A stretch of DNA of 10,606 bases. Source: an archaeon. GTDB lineage: Archaea; Iainarchaeota; Iainarchaeia; Iainarchaeales; 1-14-0-10-31-34. This document shows, piece after piece, positions 7,932-10,606 of this stretch. A program made the position numbers and the translations under genes. The stretch is taken from NCBI GenBank assembly GCA_043815885.1, contig JBDRIL010000028.1, positions 1-10,606 of the forward strand, in the 5' to 3' direction. Within the stretch, counting starts at the first letter, position 1. The number at the start of each line of letters is the position of its first letter. Under the pieces are notes generated by a model. The model saw only the letters and a program-made list of their open reading frames with translations, was not told where the DNA came from and did not search any database.

Positions 7932-8309
7932 TCAGGCTACAATCATTTTTTTTAGGTCTACTTTTCTGACACCTATTTCGAGGGTTCCGGAAGCCTTTCC
8001 TTTTATTAGTTGGCCTCCTTGTGGAGTGAAGCCTGTCTTGGTTATGGAGACCCTTATAAGGGTAGTGAAGTTTCCTGCATTGGATTTCTGTATCTTGCCG
8101 CTTATGGCATTAACCTGGAATTCTTCTTTGGCACTCATTTTTTCAATGCTTCCTCTTGGGCCATTTGAAACCAGTTCAAATTCCTTTATTTTGCCGCAAG
8201 CGCTAACCAAAAAGCCATAACCAATATCCTGTTCTTTTGCAAGATTCTGCAGTCCTTCAATTATATCGGAACCATCCTTCAGCATTAAAGCAAACATGTT
8301 TTCGGTCAT
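7932..8309 (-). CDS. PPC / DUF296 domain protein, degenerate (no His ligands)
   Basis: FALMLKDGSDIIEGLQNLA...GFLVSACGKI...VNAISGKI...GGQL...TLEIGV follows the DUF296 pattern. AGGAGG SD before ATG 8309 makes this the likely start rather than 8345. Confidence 0.8.
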   Translation of the reverse strand: MTENMFALMLKDGSDIIEGLQNLAKEQDIGYGFLVSACGKIKEFELVSNGPRGSIEKMSAKEEFQVNAISGKIQKSNAGNFTTLIRVSITKTGFTPQGGQLIKGKASGTLEIGVRKVDLKKMIVA

Positions 8310-8321
8310 AAAAACCTCCTT

Positions 8322-8354
8322 AAAAAAAATTATTGGGGGCATCAAAAAGCCCCC
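8322..8354 (-). terminator. Terminator/attenuator-like hairpin between the short ORF and the DUF296 gene
   Basis: Minus strand GGGGGC-TTTTTGAT-GCCCCC followed by AATAATTTTTTTT. Confidence 0.55.
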
Positions 8355-8378
8355 TTAGATGAAAGAAATTTTTATTAT

Positions 8379-8429
8379 TTATTCCATTTCTTCGGTTTCT
8401 TTCTTTTTCTTGGTCTTTCTTTTTGCCAT
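8379..8429 (-). CDS. Putative 16-aa basic/acidic small peptide MAKRKTKKKKETEEME
   Basis: Manual translation: ATG at 8429, TAA at 8381-8379. Strong SD GGGGAGGA 7 nt upstream. Too short for the ORF track. Confidence 0.55.
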   Translation of the reverse strand: MAKRKTKKKKETEEME

Positions 8430-8464
8430 TAAGGATTCCTCCCCTTTTTTAAATAGGCAGAATC

Positions 8465-8517
8465 GGCGTTTTGCTAGAATCAGTTTCAAGCCGCCACAGC
8501 AAAAAAGCTGCCACGCC
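8465..8517 (-). ncRNA. Candidate structured 5' leader RNA (three-way junction)
   Basis: GC-rich island in AT-rich DNA. Minus-strand helices: P1 GGCGT/ACGCC, P2 GCAGC-T6-GCTGT, P3 GCTTGAA-ACTGA-TTCTAGC. Starts about 25 nt downstream of a TATA box. Confidence 0.4.
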
Positions 8518-8542
8518 TTAATCAATGTTGCCTCTTAATCAG

Positions 8543-8550
8543 TATTTAAA
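8543..8550 (-). promoter_or_regulatory. TATA box (TTTAAATA) for the leader/peptide/DUF296 transcript
   Basis: Consensus archaeal TATA on the minus strand, predicting a transcription start near 8519-8523. Confidence 0.55.
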
Positions 8551-8559
8551 TATATCTAA

Positions 8560-8649
8560 TATCAAAAGACATTAATTATGAAAATTTTTTAATGTCTTTT
8601 GATAGCTATCAAAGGACAAATTTTGTTTCTATATTTTTGTCCTTTGATA
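8560..8649. repeat. Two adjacent perfect inverted repeats made of four copies of TATCAAARGACA
   Basis: TATCAAAAGACATTAA 8560-8575 and TTAATGTCTTTTGATA 8589-8604 (16 bp arms). TATCAAAGGACAAA 8607-8620 and TTTGTCCTTTGATA 8636-8649 (14 bp arms). Confidence 0.92.
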
Positions 8650-8698
8650 TAAAGCAAAAAAACAAGAAATAAAAAGATAATCCCGCTTATTTGTGTGC

Positions 8699-9061
8699 AT
8701 GTTTGTAAGGGATTTAAAGGAGTGTAAGGAATTCAGGAGTGGGGATAATGCTGCTTTTAGGGAGTTATTTAATCCATTAAAGGATGAATTAAAGTTAAAT
8801 TACAGTCTGGGGAGAGCAGTAGTAAAGCCTGAGAGAAGCACGAAAAAGCATAAATTGAAGTCAAGTGAAGTGTATTTTATTCTGAAGGGAAAGGGAGTAA
8901 TGTTTATTGATGGGGAAGAGAGAAAAGTGAGGGAAGGGGAAGCGATTTATATTCCTCCTGAATCAATTCAGAGAATAAAGAATAATGGAAGTACAGATTT
9001 AGTTTTTTTGTGCATTGTAGAGCCTGCATGGAAGAAAGAGGATGAGGAAGTAGTTGAATGA
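8699..9061 (+). CDS. Cupin domain protein (Cupin_2-like)
   Basis: HKLKSSEVYFILKGKG and GEAIYIPPESIQRIKNNG match cupin motifs 1 and 2; LVFLCIVEPAW tail. ATG 8699 preferred over GTG 8693. Confidence 0.88.
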   Translation: MFVRDLKECKEFRSGDNAAFRELFNPLKDELKLNYSLGRAVVKPERSTKKHKLKSSEVYFILKGKGVMFIDGEERKVREGEAIYIPPESIQRIKNNGSTDLVFLCIVEPAWKKEDEEVVE

Positions 9062-9118
9062 ATTTATTTTTGGGAATTTAGATAAACATTTATTGTTTTT
9101 GCGGCTTCTAATTAAGGT

Positions 9119-9979
9119 ATGAGAATAGGAATACTGGAGCTTAAAAGGGACGAATTCATTACTGCGGTGGTAAAGAGACTGAAAGGGCATAAAGTGAGTT
9201 ATATTCAGTTAAAGGAATGGACAGTGCCTCTTTCATCCAAGTACAGAGTCGTAATTGACAGAATGAGTTATGACAATAACCTGCTGAGGGAAATGCTGAA
9301 GAATTACTCTCTTGACGGGACTTATGTAATAAATAATCCTTTCAGTGCAAGCCTAAGCAATAAGATAGTGGACAGCAAGATTTGCTCTTCACTGGATATT
9401 CCGGTTCCTGAAACAAGGGTTTTCCCGATAATAGATGAAGAATTAAAGAAAACAATAGCTGAACCCAACTGGGAAAAATTAAAGGAAAAGATTTCTTTTC
9501 CAGTGGTATTCAAGCCGTATGACGGATATGGATGGACTGACGTGTATATTGTTGGCTCAATGGCGGAATTAAAGAATCTTTACAATGCATTCAAGGACGA
9601 GAACATTATGCTTGTGCAAAAATTTGTTTCTGCAACAGTGTACAGGGCTTTCTGCATAAACAAAAAGGATGTAATGATAAAGAAATGGAATCCCCCCCAG
9701 AATACTGACTTAAGTGAAATATCTTCTGCTGTAAAGAAGATAAAGAAATGGACTGTAAAGTTGAACAAGGCACTGGACTTTGATTTGAATAGCACGGAAT
9801 GGAGCATTGATGAAAAAGGAAAGCCTTTCATGGTGGATGCATTCAATGATGTGCCGCTCATTACAAGAAGGGAATTAAATGAAGAGCAATTCAACTGGAT
9901 TGTTGAGAAATTCACTGAATGCATTAAAGAAAAGGCAACAAGCAATGCAAAAAACAAAATGATTTTCAAGGTCAAATAG
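9119..9979 (+). CDS. ATP-grasp fold protein (RimK/glutathione-synthetase-like, substrate unknown)
   Basis: VVIDR, VINNP, NK...IPVPET, FPVVFKPYDGYGWTDV, MLVQKFV and DAFN motifs of ATP-grasp ligases. Confidence 0.82.
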   Translation: MRIGILELKRDEFITAVVKRLKGHKVSYIQLKEWTVPLSSKYRVVIDRMSYDNNLLREMLKNYSLDGTYVINNPFSASLSNKIVDSKICSSLDIPVPETRVFPIIDEELKKTIAEPNWEKLKEKISFPVVFKPYDGYGWTDVYIVGSMAELKNLYNAFKDENIMLVQKFVSATVYRAFCINKKDVMIKKWNPPQNTDLSEISSAVKKIKKWTVKLNKALDFDLNSTEWSIDEKGKPFMVDAFNDVPLITRRELNEEQFNWIVEKFTECIKEKATSNAKNKMIFKVK

Positions 9980-10007
9980 AATGAAATCCAGCACCTGAAA
10001 AAGGAAT

Positions 10008-10045
10008 ATTTAAATACGGGAACTGTTTTTATGTAAGAGAGGTGA
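10008..10045 (+). promoter_or_regulatory. TATA box and Shine-Dalgarno of the arrestin-like gene
   Basis: TTTAAATA at about 10009-10016 preceded by purine-rich AAAAGGAA; GAGGTGA at about 10039-10045 before ATG 10053. Confidence 0.55.
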
Positions 10046-10052
10046 ATGATTC

Positions 10053-10511
10053 ATGTTTGGATTGGGTAAAGGAAAAATTGAGATCATTCTGGAAAAATAC
10101 AACTTCAGGCCAGGGGAAACCATTAAAGGAAAGCTATCACTGACTTTAAAGAAACCAATAAAGGCAAGGCAGTTGAGAGTGGAATTCGTTGGATTAAAGA
10201 CTTCAACGAGTACTGGGTTTGGAGTAGTGCAAAGAAACAGAAAAGGAAGCAGCCAGGATTACGTTCATAAATTTGAAATGCCATTGGATGGAGAAAAGGA
10301 ATACAGTGGAGGGGAATACAGTTTTGAGATAGCCATTCCTGCAGACATCCTGCAGAGAGGGACTGGCCCGGGAGGAGGAATAGGAAAAACCCTTCAGGCA
10401 GCACAATTCCTTTCAGGAACACTGACAAGAATATCCTGGTATGTTCAAGCAGCCTTAGATATAGAAAAAGGAATGGATGTAACTAAAAAGGTCCAGGTAA
10501 ACCTTGCATAA
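10053..10511 (+). CDS. Arrestin N-domain / Spo0M-like beta-sandwich protein
   Basis: IEIILEKYNFRPGETIKGKLSL...IKARQLRVEFVG, YSFEIAIP and ISWYVQAALDI...D motifs match the arrestin_N/Spo0M strand pattern. Confidence 0.72.
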   Translation: MFGLGKGKIEIILEKYNFRPGETIKGKLSLTLKKPIKARQLRVEFVGLKTSTSTGFGVVQRNRKGSSQDYVHKFEMPLDGEKEYSGGEYSFEIAIPADILQRGTGPGGGIGKTLQAAQFLSGTLTRISWYVQAALDIEKGMDVTKKVQVNLA

Positions 10512-10523
10512 ATCCAATACTGG

Positions 10524-10561
10524 TTTTTTTGGGCTCCTTTAGGGCCCTCTGCTGTTTTTTT
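10524..10561 (+). terminator. Terminator-like hairpin flanked by T-tracts
   Basis: T7, then GGGCTC-CTTTA-GGGCCC, then T7, just after the stop at 10511. Confidence 0.5.
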
Positions 10562-10606
10562 AAACAAAATTTATTGAAGGAATATTAGGTTTATAAAGTT
10601 CAAGGC

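Noticed and set aside
8379..8429. Micropeptide as ribosomal protein eL41
   Set aside because: It lacks the KW and Arg-rich pattern of eL41 and has an acidic C-terminus.
8478..8526. Possible C/D box sRNA on the minus strand (TTGATTA ... CTGA)
   Set aside because: Box C deviates from RTGATGA and no D'/C' pair is evident.
8533..8560. ATATATCTAAT resembling one arm of an archaeal Xer dif site
   Set aside because: No matching inverted 11-bp arm at 6-bp spacing; the sequence is better explained as BRE/TATA context.
8560..8649. Repeat array as a CRISPR array or MITE
   Set aside because: Copies alternate in orientation, spacers are only 13-15 nt, and there are no cas or transposase genes or clear target-site duplication.
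9580..9975. 131-aa antisense ORF, plus the other short ORF-track entries nested in longer genes (e.g. 2499-2705, 3898-4113, 5616-5942, 10123-10428)
   Set aside because: They overlap well-supported genes, have no recognisable motifs, and show the Phe/Ser/Leu bias expected of shadow frames.
7836..10606. Integrated provirus or island downstream of the tRNA
   Set aside because: No integrase, viral genes or duplicated tRNA 3' end is visible in the window, and base composition looks like the flanks.

Overview
AT-rich archaeal chromosomal window. A tRNA intron with a bulge-helix-bulge motif, TATA-like boxes and a DUF4013 gene support archaea; the gene style suggests a DPANN-type lineage, which is inference only. 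In order it holds: a truncated class I SAM methyltransferase (-), a ZIP metal transporter, a predicted lipoprotein with two pacifastin-like Cys-rich repeats, a DUF4013 membrane protein, a small membrane protein, a threonine catabolism cluster (kbl divergent from tdh plus an APC amino acid permease), another membrane protein, tRNA-Asp(GTC) with a 75-nt structured intron, a PPC/DUF296-like protein lacking the Zn-binding histidines, a cupin, an ATP-grasp protein and a single-domain arrestin/Spo0M-like protein. The most unusual part is the non-coding stretch 8320-8650, which the supplied ORFs do not explain. On the minus strand it reads: four alternating copies of a 12-bp box (TATCAAARGACA), a TATA box, a predicted three-way-junction RNA, an SD-led 16-aa basic peptide ORF, a GC hairpin with a U-tract, then the degenerate DUF296 gene. 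This is a candidate undescribed regulatory or attenuation module.
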